Shown: one piece after another, positions 25,986 to 40,169 of the stretch
Numbering within the stretch: the stretch's first letter is position 1
Layout of the letters: each line of letters opens with the position of its first letter
From: Octopus vulgaris
Lineage: Eukaryota
NCBI GenBank assembly: GCA_951406725.2
Contig: OX597828.1
Location: forward strand, 77,314,001 to 77,378,000
Reading direction: 5' to 3'
Length of the DNA stretch: 64,000 bases
Notes under the pieces: model-generated
Told to the model about the DNA's origin: nothing
The model's input: the letters and a program-made list of their open reading frames with translations, nothing else
Database searches by the model: none
Made by a program: the position numbers and the translations under genes

Positions 25986-26217
25986 AATGATGAATTTTAT
26001 TTTAACTTTAATGATAATAATTATAAGGAAAGCTGATAATGACAGCAATATTGAGAAACACGTGACCACGAAGTTCAATCTAATCCACTCAAGAGGGGGT
26101 GCATTAAATTGACCGCAATGTATATGTGGTATTTTTTTTTATCGATCGCGGGCCGATGACAAAAGTCATGTGACAATAGCAACAATGACAGCGATGACGA
26201 TAATGATGATGACGATA

Positions 26218-26248
<31 letters not shown>

Positions 26249-26550
26249 CGACGAAGACGACGTTGATGAAGACGATGGCAATGATGTTGATGATGATGAT
26301 GGCGATGATGATGATGATGATGATGATGATAATGATACTCATGATGACGATGATTGTCAAAATATTACTTTTAATAATCTTTCTCGGATAAGCACAAGGG
26401 CATGATCTTGAGGAGAGAATTAACCGTCTAAATCATCCCCAGTACATGACTGGTACATAATTCTATCGAGCCCGGGAAGGATGAAAATAGACAAAGTATA
26501 CCTCGGTGCGAACTTAAATATCTCTAATGAAATTTATTATTGTTACCATA

Positions 26551-26975
26551 GGCGCAGGAGCGGCTGTGTAGTAAGTAGCTTGCTTACGAACCACATGTTT
26601 CCGGGTTCAGTCCCACTGCGTGGCACCTTGGGCAAGTGACTTCTACTATAGCCTCGGGCCGACCAAAGCCTTGTGAGTGGATTTGGTAGGCGGAAGCTGA
26701 AAGAATCCCGTCGTATATTTGTATATATATATATATGTATGTGTATATGTTTGTGTGTCTGTGTTTGTCTCCCCCCCCAACATCGCTTGACAGCCGATGC
26801 TGGTGTGTTTGCGCCCCCGTAACTTAGTGGTTCGGCAAAAGAGACCTATAGAATAAGTACTAGGCATACAAAGAATAACTCCTGGGGTTGATTCGCTCGA
26901 CTAAAGGCGGTGCTCCAGCATGGCGTCACTCAAATGACTGAAACAACTAAAAGAATAAAAAGAGTAAAAAAGAGT
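26551..26975 (+). mobile_element. SINE family A, full length
   Basis: ggcgcaggagcggctgtg...gggttcagtcccactgcgtggcaccttgggcaagt...aaaagagtaaaaaagag. Confidence 0.88.
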
Positions 26976-27648
26976 ATATTTTCCGGCAAAGAAGTCAAAT
27001 ATTTCAGACCAAAATTTACCGCTAAAAAAAGAAAGGTAGACTTAAACACCGTGACGACTTTGGAGGGCAAAAATTCTACGTGAAATTCTGCAGGATTTGG
27101 GAAGGAAATGACAATGTTTGAGGGTTTACACTACATTTTTACCTTATGTATTACGTCGAACTTCTATGCGGAAAAATACGCAAGCAATAGCGTGTCTATC
27201 TTGCTCCATCACCACCACCCCCAACTAACAACCCACCCATGCCACCGTCTCCAGAATCAATGAAATCACTATCATTCCATGTTTTCCTATCGTTTTCACC
27301 TCGCTGCTGTCCAGGTGGAACATTAATGTGACGGACTTCTGAGAAGCTGTTAAGACCACGGACACAACGCCTTCATCAAGATTCACAAACCGATAATAAA
27401 TGGACGGCTAATGTCTTTGACTAAATTTAGAAAATTAAGACGAAAGTTAGAAGATTCCTTTCTGACTTTAGATGACCAAGAACAAGAACGAGCGGCGAGG
27501 GTAACTACGAAGAAATGAATGAACGGAACATAAAGGGGGACTTCACTTGAAATCATCCAGTCAAAATGGGGGATCAAATAATTACATCACATCCGGCTTC
27601 CCACTCTTCTTAGAACATAGAATAGGTCTACGGACTCGACCAATCTCG

Positions 27649-27680
<32 letters not shown>

Positions 27681-28315
27681 CGTGGTTATAGTTCGTACTT
27701 AAACACTTGGTTAACGTTAATCAAACAAAAAATATTGGTGAAAATAGCGTTCGAACTGCAACCATCTCTTCTTATTTTCTCATAATGTTTCCATTCAGGA
27801 TTGCAAATAATCAATAAGTTCTTTTAATCACACAATAAGTTGTAGTTTGAGGGTGACTTGAATGCTACTTCTAGCAAGGCGAGTCACCACGGCACAGATT
27901 CTTGGCAAACCTGAAATAAGTAGATATATCAGACGAGTAATATACAGTGACCTCCTTATTAAAAAGTACAGTAAATGGCAGAAACATTCTCCATCAATGG
28001 AGCTACCATACACTCTTGCTGGCAAACAAGGAGATCAACAGCGGTTAATGGAATTTTAATGTGAACGATTAACGGAAGAAAGAGAAAGCGAGAGTTTGTA
28101 GGGAATTTTAAATTCATAAAATTTATTTTTATAAAATTCTTAAATTTAATTGAGAACTTTTAAATTCTTGCTTAATTGAGTAAGACGAGGAAAACATGAT
28201 TTCTTTACATAAATTTAACACAACACCTACAACAGCAACAACAACATCACCAACAAATAATGAATTTACAATGAACCGCTAACCAATTTCCTATGCGCTG
28301 TTCAACTTGTTGCTG

Positions 28316-28367
<52 letters not shown>

Positions 28368-28419
28368 CAGCAGCAGCAGCAGCAGCAGCAGTGGTAGTAG
28401 CAGCAGTAGTGGTAGCAGC

Positions 28420-28493
<74 letters not shown>

Positions 28494-28502
28494 CAGCAGC
28501 AA

Positions 28503-28560
<58 letters not shown>

Positions 28561-28578
28561 TGTTGTTGTTGTTATAGT
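28316..28578. repeat. (TAG/CAG)n compound microsatellite
   Basis: Seen directly. Confidence 0.95.
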
Positions 28579-30113
28579 AGGAACGGCAACCAAATTTCCG
28601 TTACATCATTCTCTGTTTTCTGAGGGAAAAAGAAGCCAAGAGACCCAACTGCATGAAGAAGTGCGAGATACTCTGGCCATAGAAAGAAAGAGAGATTTTG
28701 ATAAACGGTTTGCTTGATCCTCACTGAATAAGGGCTTAACGATAATAACGCCGCCGCCGCCGCCGCCGCACACGACGGCATTTCCAATAACAACAGCAAC
28801 GACAGCAGTACCACCACCAGCAGCAGTAACAGCAACAGCAGTGTACTACTACATGAGCACATGTGTCCTACATGAGCACATGTGAACTAACCCTTTGTTT
28901 TCACCTCATGTGATCCTCAATCTGTCTCTCCCTCTGCAAATCTCCGACAACCTCATCCACCCTCCTTTACGAAACGTTCTTTTCCTCTTAAGGCATCAAA
29001 CCAATAAAAGCACGGGTAAAATAGCAAACTGAGCCAATTAAGGAGCCTCTTGTCGTTCATTTGACCTGCAAGAATTAGCAGCTATAACTGTTCTGCTGTC
29101 TTAAAATGATATTCAAAACCAGTTTTATGTGAATATAAGCGTTTCCAAAAAAAACAGTCAACTGTAGATAACGAAGAGCAGTTACTAATGAGTTCTAAAA
29201 GATTTAAACATATCCCTATTTATCCCCCTTAACGGCAAACAACATATAATTCCGTAAGAGATTAAAGTTGAAAAATTAATTCCTTCTTGAAATTATCTTG
29301 TCCTTTCTCTGAGAGATACTAACAAGGTGTTTTTCCCCAATTGTGAAGAAATCTCAATCAACAAGGAATTCTTTTGCCTACCTCATTATTATCCATTAAT
29401 TTAGTTATCCGAATTCACCTCATTGATCTAACTGAGTTATTTCCCCTTGTTAATTATAGTTTTAATCGTGTAAAATATGCAGTAGTTGAGAAATTGGTTT
29501 GTAATTCAGTTTATAAAAGTACAGGAAGGAAATGTTGAAAAGAGAAAAATACACAAAACATCAATGTTAGATAACGAAATAGGGAGTTGAGAATTACAGC
29601 AAAGAGAGAGGGAGGGGGAGGGAGAAAGATGAAAAAAGAAAGAGAGAGAAGGTAAAGACAGATAATATATATAAGAATGAATAAAGTGGATAACTCATAA
29701 CAGAAACGTTAAGACAAAATGTTATAGATACATCCTATTAATTATTCATCTTGAACTCAATGTTAACAACAGGGTAATCGTTATCAACACATAAGATGTT
29801 CCAGTAATAAGTTACAGTTGTAATATTTTCTACTGTTCTTTTTTTTAATTGGCGGTGGTCGATAGGAAACAAAAGGAATATATTATAGAAAATACTATGC
29901 TTATCAGATACACGTAGGAAGAGGCATCATTTGCAAATAGAAATATATTGTAAGATATTTACGAGAAAATTGAATAAAGAATTAAGGGTAATTGGTACAA
30001 AATAACTAAAATATAAGAATGATAATAGAAAAGAAACCACCAGCCCTCGTCATCGAGGAAGGTCAAGAAGTATCGAAAAGCAGTTAAAGTAAGAATAATA
30101 ATAATAAAATATT

Positions 30114-30181
<68 letters not shown>

Positions 30182-30182
<1 letters not shown>

Positions 30183-30661
30183 TTGTCTTGGTATAAAAGA
30201 TGGGCTACAGCAAATATTCTGCTCAATACCACAGATTTGCTTGTCAGTTGTTTGACCTTAACCAGTTGAGCATGTCCCTTAGTGGCTGACGATATGTGCA
30301 TCTCTGATCACGAGCAGAAGTAGTGGGGGAGCATCATAGCCATGTGTTGAGAGGGATTCTTTGGGGTTTGAATAGTTCACCTCTGGAAACATGGGTGGTT
30401 CTTTCAACATCCTTAAACAACCCTTATTCAGGGACCGTTTGAGCGGGATGGGCTACTCAACCTGAAGAAAATTCTAACCGGGCCCCACCTGCAAGGTCAT
30501 GTGCTGTTTATCTTGATATGAGATCACCATGTAGCGCACATATGGTTGTGATGCATGTGCCTGGTGTACCTTTATCAGACGGGTAGTCATGATGGGTATA
30601 TTGGGCTTCGTATATTTTACCCCAGTGTCACTTTGATGGCATGAACTGCTCTCTCACTCAA
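30182..30661 (+). mobile_element. ORF-less ~480-bp retroposon inserted in (TAA)n; possible non-autonomous partner of a Dong-type LINE
   Basis: Flanked by (TAA)n on both sides; its 3' end ctgctctctcactcaa(taa)n is identical to the end of the Dong fragment near 20595-20610. Confidence 0.6.
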
Positions 30662-30923
30662 TAATAATAATAATACAGGTGATGACGATTACTACTTTAT
30701 ATATATAATTGATATAGGGTAAAAAATTTTTCGGGAAAATAATTTTATCAATGGCCAGCATATCAAAAAGTGCCTTTAAAGGTAAAATTTATACATAATT
30801 TACAAGATAAGGGCAGAAGAAAAATTCTAATGCCAGATACGCCGAAACAAAAAAATTGTCGATAACCATTAAATTTATGCGTCTCGAAACAAACCGATAG
30901 AAATCTCTAAAAAAATTCGTTAT

Positions 30924-30982
30924 TACCGTATTGGTCCAATTTCGGGGTTAATTCACAAGGAATTTCCCCCTCTTCAGCGGCA
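30924..30982 (-). ncRNA. Type-I hammerhead ribozyme motif, canonical core
   Basis: Minus strand reads TGCCG-CTGAAGA-GGGGGAAATTCCTTGTGAATTAACCCC-GAA-ATTGGACCAAT-A-CGGTA. Confidence 0.85.
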
Positions 30983-31296
30983 CATATGCGAGATATAAAT
31001 GAAATACTTATTCATACCCACGGAAGAAGCAAGCACCAAGTCCCGAGCAGACTTAAGTACCCCAAATATATCCAAAATAGAAAAATCTTCCGCGCAGCTC
31101 GAGAGACGTGTGATTCGAACTAGAAACTTTCACAGAGTAATAGAATCCGGAAGTGAACACTAATCTATTTATAATTGATATAGGATAATTTTTTTTTTCT
31201 ATTTTGGATATATTTGGGGTACTTAAGTCTGCTCGGGACTTGGTACTTGCTTCTTCCGTGGGTATGAATAAGTATTTCATTTATATCTCGCGTATG

Positions 31297-31355
31297 TGCC
31301 GCTGAAGAGGGGAAAATTTCTTGTGAATTAACCCCGAAATTGGAGCAATACGGTA
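31297..31355 (+). ncRNA. Type-I hammerhead ribozyme motif, canonical core (inverted partner)
   Basis: Reads TGCCG-CTGAAGA-GGGGAAAATTTCTTGTGAATTAACCCC-GAA-ATTGGAGCAAT-A-CGGTA. Confidence 0.82.
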
Positions 31356-31480
31356 ATAACGAATTTTTTAGAGATTTCTATCGGTTTGTTTCGAGACGCA
31401 TAAATTTAATGGTTATCGACAAATTTTTTGTTTCGGCGTATCTGGCATTAGAATTTTTCTTCTGCCCTTATCTTGTAAAT

Positions 31481-31511
<31 letters not shown>

Positions 31512-32619
31512 TCCAGAGAATTAATAAACAGAAGCACTAAGGCAATAAATACGTTGCTTTATTGTACGTAGTTGGATAAAAGAAAGAGAGAAGAAGATGC
31601 AGTGGTTTAACCTTGAGTAGAACCTTACGAATTATATGGGGGACAGCTTGCTGTAATTGAACATATGCTCATTGCAACTCTGACTGAGTTGGCCGAAGAG
31701 GGAAAGTGGTCCAACCAGCCCGTCTTTCTGCACAGTGTGCCTCTAGTAACGGGTTATCCAGTGTATTGGTCTGTCCATTTAAAGCTAGCAAACCATAATT
31801 TGAAGGAGATTAGGCTGCTATGTCTAGCCATATGGTCGCTGGACCATATAGACAGTCCCTGTTGTAGTTATTAGAATTGCAGTTATTACAAATGACAGTC
31901 AAGCTGTCTTCTATATCAGTTGGCTATAATTTCTTATATTCTTTCTTCACCGGAAGTACATTTTGTTTCTGTATTATTTTGTTTATTATTTTTTGCAGGA
32001 AAAAAAGTGGTTTGATTGTTTGACAAGTTCTATTAAGATCGTTCAATTTAGTATAATGCAAGCGATCAAAGAAACTAGAAAAATGAATGTCGAAATTTGA
32101 ATATACAATTTTGCTGTCGGAAAGCATCTGAGGGAAAGCGAGATAACACAACGCAGCTTTTTCTTCTTTTTCTTTTACATTGATGAATTGTTGAAGAAAT
32201 TATACTTTATAGTCTTGCTGTGTAGAAATACACATTAGTAAACAGAAGATATAACAGAATGATTACTAGCTGGCCAATCAGAATGCCACACTTTGAATCC
32301 CTATTGAGGTCAGTTGTACTTCTACAATGAAGGTAATTCGGGGAAGGAAAAGGGCAGTGAATGGTATAAATTTTTCTTTCAATAGACTTCGTTTGTAAAG
32401 TATTTTATTGTAGCATCGTTGTGTTTCAAGCGTCAGACGAACTGAAGTGTTGCTCAGTGACGCATTTGGTGGTTTAATCATTACTTGGAGATTGGAGTAA
32501 AAGAAGAGCAAAGAAAGAAGGAAAGTGGAATGGTTTACGCCTAATAACTTGTTAAAATGTTTCTACCAACCTTCAAGAATAAGGAAAGGAATAATCAGCC
32601 ATTCAGGACACCACGTGTC

Positions 32620-32668
<49 letters not shown>

Positions 32669-33018
32669 GATAGGAAAAATGACTTCATGACCACTTCTCT
32701 CTCTTCATCTTCCCTTCTAAACTTCTATACATATATACACACAGACACACACATATATATACATGTGTGTGTGTGTATGTATGTATGTATGTATGTATGT
32801 ATGTATGTATGTATGTATGTATGTATGTATGTATGTATGTGTGCATGTATGTATGCATGTATACTTTATTGTGGAATAAAAAGGCTGCCATTGGTTACAA
32901 GCGGAAATAAATCTCAGCAATTATCAATATGCCACATGAGACGTTGATACCCGTCTCGAGGTGGATATAAACACCTATATTAGTTATATTTATATACATA
33001 CGCACACACATACACCCA

Positions 33019-33061
<43 letters not shown>

Positions 33062-33090
33062 GTAAATACATATATACATACACACGCATG

Positions 33091-33136
<46 letters not shown>

Positions 33137-33139
<3 letters not shown>

Positions 33140-34157
33140 TTATATATATAAAACTGAGAATGTTGTCTGTCTGTGTGTTTCCCTAAAACTTGAGAACTAC
33201 ACAGCCAATTTCATTCGAATTTTACACATGCCTTATTTAGGATCCGTGTAGTTTCATGGGCAAAAGAAATGTTCAACTTCTTGCCTAGAGCGAGCCCATA
33301 GCAATATTATATCTTCTCCACTATTTCAGTATTACGTGTTAAAAGTGAAACAAAAACGTTTCTCTATTTTATGTCAGATACTTTCACTTTAACAATAAAA
33401 ATAATAATAACAATTGAATTATATGTAGTAAGTAATAATTAAAATCAAACTAAAGTATAATATAATCGTAACATAACAAAAGTAAAAATAGCAATTGGTA
33501 TAAAATTGCATCAAGGATTTGAACCTGAATAAGTAGTTTCATATTAATGGGAATAAATTAAAAATAAAATTAGCGTGCAGAAATGGAATAGTCCAGATGG
33601 ATAATAAAAAATTAAATTAAAGAAAAGACTATTGTCTATAAAGTATACAATGTAGAGAAAAAAGATTTGAACACATGGAGGAAAGCACCTTCGAAAAGTG
33701 TCTTGGTGCGACTATGAAAGGTATCTAATCAGAGGCGGTAAATTCGCCACAATAGAAGCAAGGTTCGAGTCAACAGAGCGTGCAAGGGAGTACACGACTC
33801 GAACTTGCAAAGTGGAAATATTTTATTTTTACCTTTATATCTGGGACGTAGGATGTCCCGGAAAAAAATTTAAAATGTCCCTCCAGAAGTAGAGATAGGC
33901 TGGATTGTAGCCACACTTCTATACAAGAGGGAGGACAAGATACAATTGATCGAAATTACAAGGGATGGGCTAACAATTCCAGTCTGTTATATATTTTGAG
34001 TATTGTTATCACCAGCGATATCAAGATATAACTTTGTATTTTGCATTTTATGTGTAGATGTATATATATAGATGTACATGTAATAATTACACATATATAT
34101 ACACATATATACATGCACTAGCACTATGACCCGGTAACGACGGGTCTTTAATGGTAG
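33137..34157 (+). mobile_element. Non-autonomous Helitron (~1 kb)
   Basis: 5' end A|TCTTTATATATATAAAACTGAG is shared with 48677. The 3' hairpin GACCC..GGGTC (34128-34146) is followed by GTAG|T (decayed CTAG). Inserted in (TA)n. Confidence 0.75.
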
Positions 34158-34222
34158 TGTATATATAGTTATATTATGTATAAATATATCAGTACAAACA
34201 AGCCTATCAATAAACATGTATG

Positions 34223-34275
<53 letters not shown>

Positions 34276-34665
34276 GTATACATCTTACATATCTAGCCAC
34301 ACAGACACACCATATGACCACAGCACACATGCGCATTTATGTGTGCGTGCGTGCGCTCACGTACGTACGTGCGAATATTTCAAGAACAACGCTATTTCAG
34401 AGACATAAAAAGAGCAAACGTTAAGAGACTGAAGAAGTCAATAGCGATATAAAGTTTGCTATTTCTTACAAATTTATCGAGAATGACTTCGTGGCTGTGC
34501 AAGGTTTATGGCATATTCAAACTGTCGACTTGAATAGGACATTCACCCGATGAAACTTCAAAATTACAGTCATTAAAAGTGTATGCAGGTACATATACAC
34601 ATACGCAAACACGCATATATATATGCGCATACATACATATACACACATATATACACGCATATACT

Positions 34666-34707
<42 letters not shown>

Positions 34708-35120
34708 GGCGCAGGAGTGGCTGTGTGGTAAGTAGCTTGCTAACCAACCATATGGTTCCGGGTTCAGTCCCACTGCGTGGCATCTTGGGCACGTGTCTTC
34801 TGCTATAGCCCCGGGCCGACCAATGCCTTGTGAGTGGATTTGGTAGACGGAAACTGAAAGAAGCCTGTCGTATATATGTATATATATATAAGTGTGTGTG
34901 AATATGTTTGTGTGTCTGTGTTTGTTCCCCTAGCATTGCTTGACAACCGATGCTGGTGTGTTTACGTCCCCGTAACTTAGCGGTTCGGCAAAAGAGACCG
35001 ATAGAATAAGTACTGGGCTTACAAAGAATAAGTCCCGGGGTCGATTTGCTCGACTAAAGGCGGTGCTCCAGCATGGCCGCAGTCAAATGACCGAAACAAG
35101 TAAAAAGAGTAAAAAGAGTA
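34708..35120 (+). mobile_element. SINE family A, full length
   Basis: tRNA-like head (tggctgtgtggtaag; ggttcagtccc), central microsatellite and A-rich tail; at least 8 related copies in the window. Confidence 0.9.
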
Positions 35121-35196
35121 ATATATGTGTGTATATGTATATATATATATATATACACTGCGACAAAAGGATAGACTCACAGATTGATAAACAGAT

Positions 35197-35243
<47 letters not shown>

Positions 35244-36124
35244 CATACATACACACATACATACATACATACATACATACATACATACATACATACATAC
35301 ATACATACATACATACATACATAGATTTTTACGATATATATCTAGATGAAACGGTGAAAATACGTAGAAAAGATGGCATCACTTTCGTTTTAAACTCCAT
35401 TTTTTTTTTACTCTGCTTCATTTTTAAATCCACAATAGTCTGGTTTTGTCATTAATAATCTCTTGATTCTTTTCCTATATTGTTCATGTTCTTCATCTTG
35501 TTGTAACCGTAGCAGTTTTTGTAACAGCAGCAGTACTAGTAGTAGCAGCAATAGTAGCAGAAATATTAGCAGCAGCAGCAGCTGTGGTTGTTTTTGTTGT
35601 TGTTCATTCAGTCATGTTGTGCCGTAGAGTATTTTATAAGCTTCTGTAATTTTCTATTCAAAGTAAACTGAATATATTCCATATTGACACCTACCAACGC
35701 CATCTTGCCGCTGGTGGCGCTGCTGTATCTATTTTTTATGGGGTTTTATATTTCACATGACGACTCTAACTTTCACTCACAGGTCACTATTATTCATCTG
35801 GTTTGGTTTTGTTTTTGGCCACAGTATTATTTTGTTTTGTTTGTGTTGCTTTTTACTTTTATTTTAAGAGTGGGTAGGGTGGACGGTGGGGTTCGGTGTT
35901 TATTATTGTTGTTCTGTTTTTTCTTTGTTTTGTTTGTTTGTTATTTTCTTGTTTTTTATTCGATGTCTGCATTTTCGTTTTATTTATTTTTATTTTTTAT
36001 TTTGCTGTGTTGTTTTTTCATTATTTTGTTCTTTATTTTTCTCGTGATGCAGCAACGTCAAATGCTTCGATCTGCAATGGTTTATAACAACAACAACAGC
36101 AACAACAACAGCAACAACAACAAC

Positions 36125-36168
<44 letters not shown>

Positions 36169-36348
36169 CAACAACAACATTAATAATGAACTATAGTAAT
36201 AATAATGATAAGAACAACCATAATCATGACAAGAATGATAGTAAAAATAACAATGGTGGTGGTGGTGGTGGTGGTGGTTCGTAGTGGGTAATGATGATGG
36301 TGGTGCTGATGATGACTGCTACTGATAATAATAATAATAACAACAATA

Positions 36349-36401
<53 letters not shown>

Positions 36402-38199
36402 TAATAATAATAATAATAATAATAATGATGATGATGATGATGATGATGATAATAATAATAACAATAATAATGATGATGATAATAATAATAACAATAATAA
36501 TGATGATGATAATAATAATAATAATAATAAATAATAATAATAATAGTAAAACATATTGATGTTTATGGAGATTTCTCATGTCTGAAAGATCACACATAAC
36601 AGGATATCAGTGTCTAGATAACCTGATTTCACTGCCACCCACTCCCCACTCCCGCCTCCAATATCTACACAAATACTAAATATCTCTAAAATAATCCATT
36701 TTCATTCTTTAGATCTCCTACAAAATGCAGGATATATACATAAATTCTATCATACATACATACATTTATATACACATAGATATGCATAGATATATGCATA
36801 TATACATATATACACATATATACATACGTGCTTGCATACACACACACATATTTATATATATATATAATATATGTTTATATGTGTAACATTATATATATAT
36901 AATGTATGCACGTATATATATGTATGTAAATATATTCATGCATACACAAACAGACATAACTACTCATATACATATGCATATTTGCATATGTGTATATATA
37001 TATATGTAAATACATATATATATGTATGTATGTATATATAGATATGTGTATATATATATATATGTGGGTGTGTATGTATATATATATACGTGTGTGGGGG
37101 TGTAGGATAAGTGATGAGGAGGAGGCCGAGGTGGAGGGCGAGGGTCAGGAGAAGGAGGAGGAGGATGACGACGACGACGAGGAAGCGGAGGAATAGTAGG
37201 AGGGCGCAGAGGAGGAGGACGATGATGATCGTTTCCAGCAGAGGTACAATGCTTAATTGTGGGAGAGCAATATTCAATCATATAGACCCCAGTTTATGAC
37301 AGATATTCTATTTCATCGACCCCAAAAGGATGAAAAGCAGACTTGTCCTCGGTGAGGTTTCACTTCGTAAATAGCTACACCAAATCCTGAAATGCTTTTT
37401 CTCCTATGCTCTAGCTATTCTGCCAAATCATTGTTTTGTCCCCTTAGAAAGCAATAACATATTACAAGGTCACGTATTACCTTAGGTGCAGGAAGGATAC
37501 CGGAAAGGTAAAAGGTGGCTGTTATTTTCAGCAGAGAAAAAAACAGACTAAAATACGAGACAGCAGAAGAAAAAGAGAAGAAAATTTAACATAACTCGAG
37601 TTTAGGATTAATGCAAAGCATTTGATGGGGTTCTGTATCCGAGGTTATTGGGAACTCATCGATTTATATACAACCCTAATACTATTAGCTTACATCCACT
37701 ACGCCGTGATAAATTACGAAACAACCATATTGGTAAAGCACAAACAAGGCGATTACTGAAACAGCCCTAACTCCATAAGAAAAGAAATCTTGCAGAGACG
37801 CTAAGCTTCCCCTCTGCATCGTTACCTTTCAATAAAATCTGTTGAATAAAACCATCATTGTTTTAAAATGGCTGCCAAACAACTATAAACTACATCCTAT
37901 ATGTGACCGGCTGCAGTATTTAAAAAAAACAAAAAATTCTTATATCTTATATGTTGTATTTTTGTTAATGGCATCTAAAACATCAGCAACAACAAACGGA
38001 GACGGCTGCAAAACTAGTTGAAACGAAAATGATTATTCCACAGAAATACCTAAAACTAATATACATAAAAGTCTGGGACACAGTTTGTAATAACAACATC
38101 AATAATGACGACGACGTTATTAGCATGCTCAAGCTATGAGACGAAACGAAATGGCCGGTGAGTCTCGTGTCGTTTTTTGAAGGTCAGACATATAATATC

Positions 38200-39400
38200 A
38201 TTTGCCCTTCCTTAGTTGAGGAAAACTATGTTTTCCGTTTAACAGCCAGAACTTCCGTCAATTGCTCTTTTGAGGATATATTGAAAACTCCTCCGTATTT
38301 TTATGGTCAACACAGTTATGGTTTTTTTCTCTTTGCTCATCTTCAATGAAATCGTCAGGCTAGAAAGTCTAGTAACATTAACTTCTCTTTTAATCAAAGT
38401 GATTTTGTATCAGGTAAAAATAACGGAAGATTTTGCTAACTCCGTTGTTGTGTATGTTGTTTCCTGCTGTTTGTAAAATTGCCAATTAGCATCTATTCAG
38501 TTAGTGAAATTAAATGGCCTTTTATCGGAACCATTTCACAGAACCAGTTCGTTCGATCCGCCAAGAAAGCCGTCTTTCCGTGTCTTCTGTATATTCTGGC
38601 GCTGGAGACATTGTAGCCGAGTTGAAGAAAAAAGGGTTGTGTCTCCATATGTTGACTACGTTTCTGTCACGGTACTGGACGCAACGGAAATCAGAGTAGT
38701 CGGTACCATTCTAGAGAAGGGCCAGAAGCGCCAAAAGGAGTACTCATGCGGTGGGGTTTGGACATCAAGCCCAACTGGATAAAAAAATATAGGTAAATAT
38801 CGCCTGGAGGCTGTTTAGAAATTGTCTGAGAGGTGACTTTCCTCAAAAGACTTGGCAGAAGTAATTATTAGGTACATAGTTTTAGGGGTTCCTTCCAACG
38901 ACAGCGTATATTATTCAGGAAATATATGCTCATATCTGAAGATTGAAGGGACAGGATTGCTTGTTGCCAATCGTCACTTCAAGGGCTGTAGTAGACGATA
39001 TACAGACAGAAGGTTATGAATGATGACGACGACGACGACGACTATGACTGTCAGACAGGCGCAGGCGCTGTTCGTATCAGAAATCCTTCAGAACCTCTTT
39101 TCTTTCATCGAGTTGCAGACCCACATCATGTGTGGATTGAGGTTGAGTATTCGGCATCTGGAATATTGCCTGACCCTCATTGCAGTCTACCAGCTGAACA
39201 ATTTGGTCGATGGGAAGCCAAATTTTATATTCTATCGAAGATTGGCGGAGAATGTAACCGAAAATGTTCTGTGAGCGATTAGCTTTGGACATCGACGAAG
39301 AAAATGTAATGATTTTCATTTGAAGGATAAGAGACAATTTCCAAAAGTCTTTGACCTGAAATTTCTACGAAGAAGGAGACCGCGCCTATTCGGAATAAAC
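38200..39400 (+). mobile_element. Highly decayed L1/Tx1-type LINE remnant
   Basis: VKLNGLLSEPF, SIRQESRLS and VSPYVDYVSV align by eye to VRVNGHLPRPF, SVRQGCPLS and VSAYADDVTV of the 7.4-8.0 kb element. Confidence 0.55.
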
Positions 39401-40169
39401 AATTAACCAATTAATATTCAGATTACTCCGAGATAATTAATACTTCTTTATTTGCATTGTTTTGAATTAATTATGTATTTATTATCTCGTAACTTTGAGA
39501 TTTCAAAGATGTGATTATTTATTTTTAGAATGACATTGTAAGGTAAGTGTAAGAGACCAGATCTGGCTAGCTTAAACGTAAAATAAGTAGAACATTTAGA
39601 CCGGATATGGCAGGTTTAACTGCCAAAGGGTTCTACCTGTCTGAGCTGTGCACGGAATCAATAAACTATTCGGCGTAGATCCATTCAGTGTCCATGAATT
39701 GTTTGTTGGTTTACGTCGAATTTAGAACGACAGAACGAGGGACCGTTGTGAAAATCGAACCAAATCCTTTAATACATCACTCATCACAAATCTTTGGCAA
39801 AAACAGTTTCTGCCCCCCTTTTTTTTTTCTCTTTTGTATTTTGATTCTTAATGTTCCCAACGTCTTCAACTCTTGTAACGAAGGAAAGAAACTATTCATA
39901 TTATTACTTTGAAAAAATCGACTTTGCAGTTCTTCCTTTCAGAGTCGATAAAATAAGTATCAGACGAGCATTGGGGCCCCTGTAATTGACTCCCCACCCC
40001 GCCTTAAAATTCCTGGTCATGTGCCAAAATCGGAGAGAATATTATTTCCTGAAGAATATGGAAGGAGAATGATGACAGAGACCGCTAATGCGAGATAGAA
40101 ACGAAGAAGAGGAATATGATCACAACCAGGATACAAAGGATGACGTGATCAGGGTTCTTCATGACAGAA

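Larger units (their letters stand above)
30704..31484. mobile_element. ORF-less PLE-type foldback element: tail 30704-30793, ~290-bp inverted arms 30794-31085 and 31193-31484
   Basis: Arms differ at only a handful of positions by eye, each carries a hammerhead, (TA)n follows at right, and the element is homologous to 63350-63764. Confidence 0.88.

Noticed and set aside
31510-32620. Unique-looking segment between TA repeats with minus-strand AATAAA (possible LTR or 3' UTR)
   Set aside because: No second copy, TG..CA termini, primer-binding site, polypurine tract or recognisable protein motif.
35698-35722. YY1-like (CAAGATGGCG) and CTCF-like motif forming a short hairpin
   Set aside because: A single short imperfect match is expected by chance in 64 kb, and there is no gene context.
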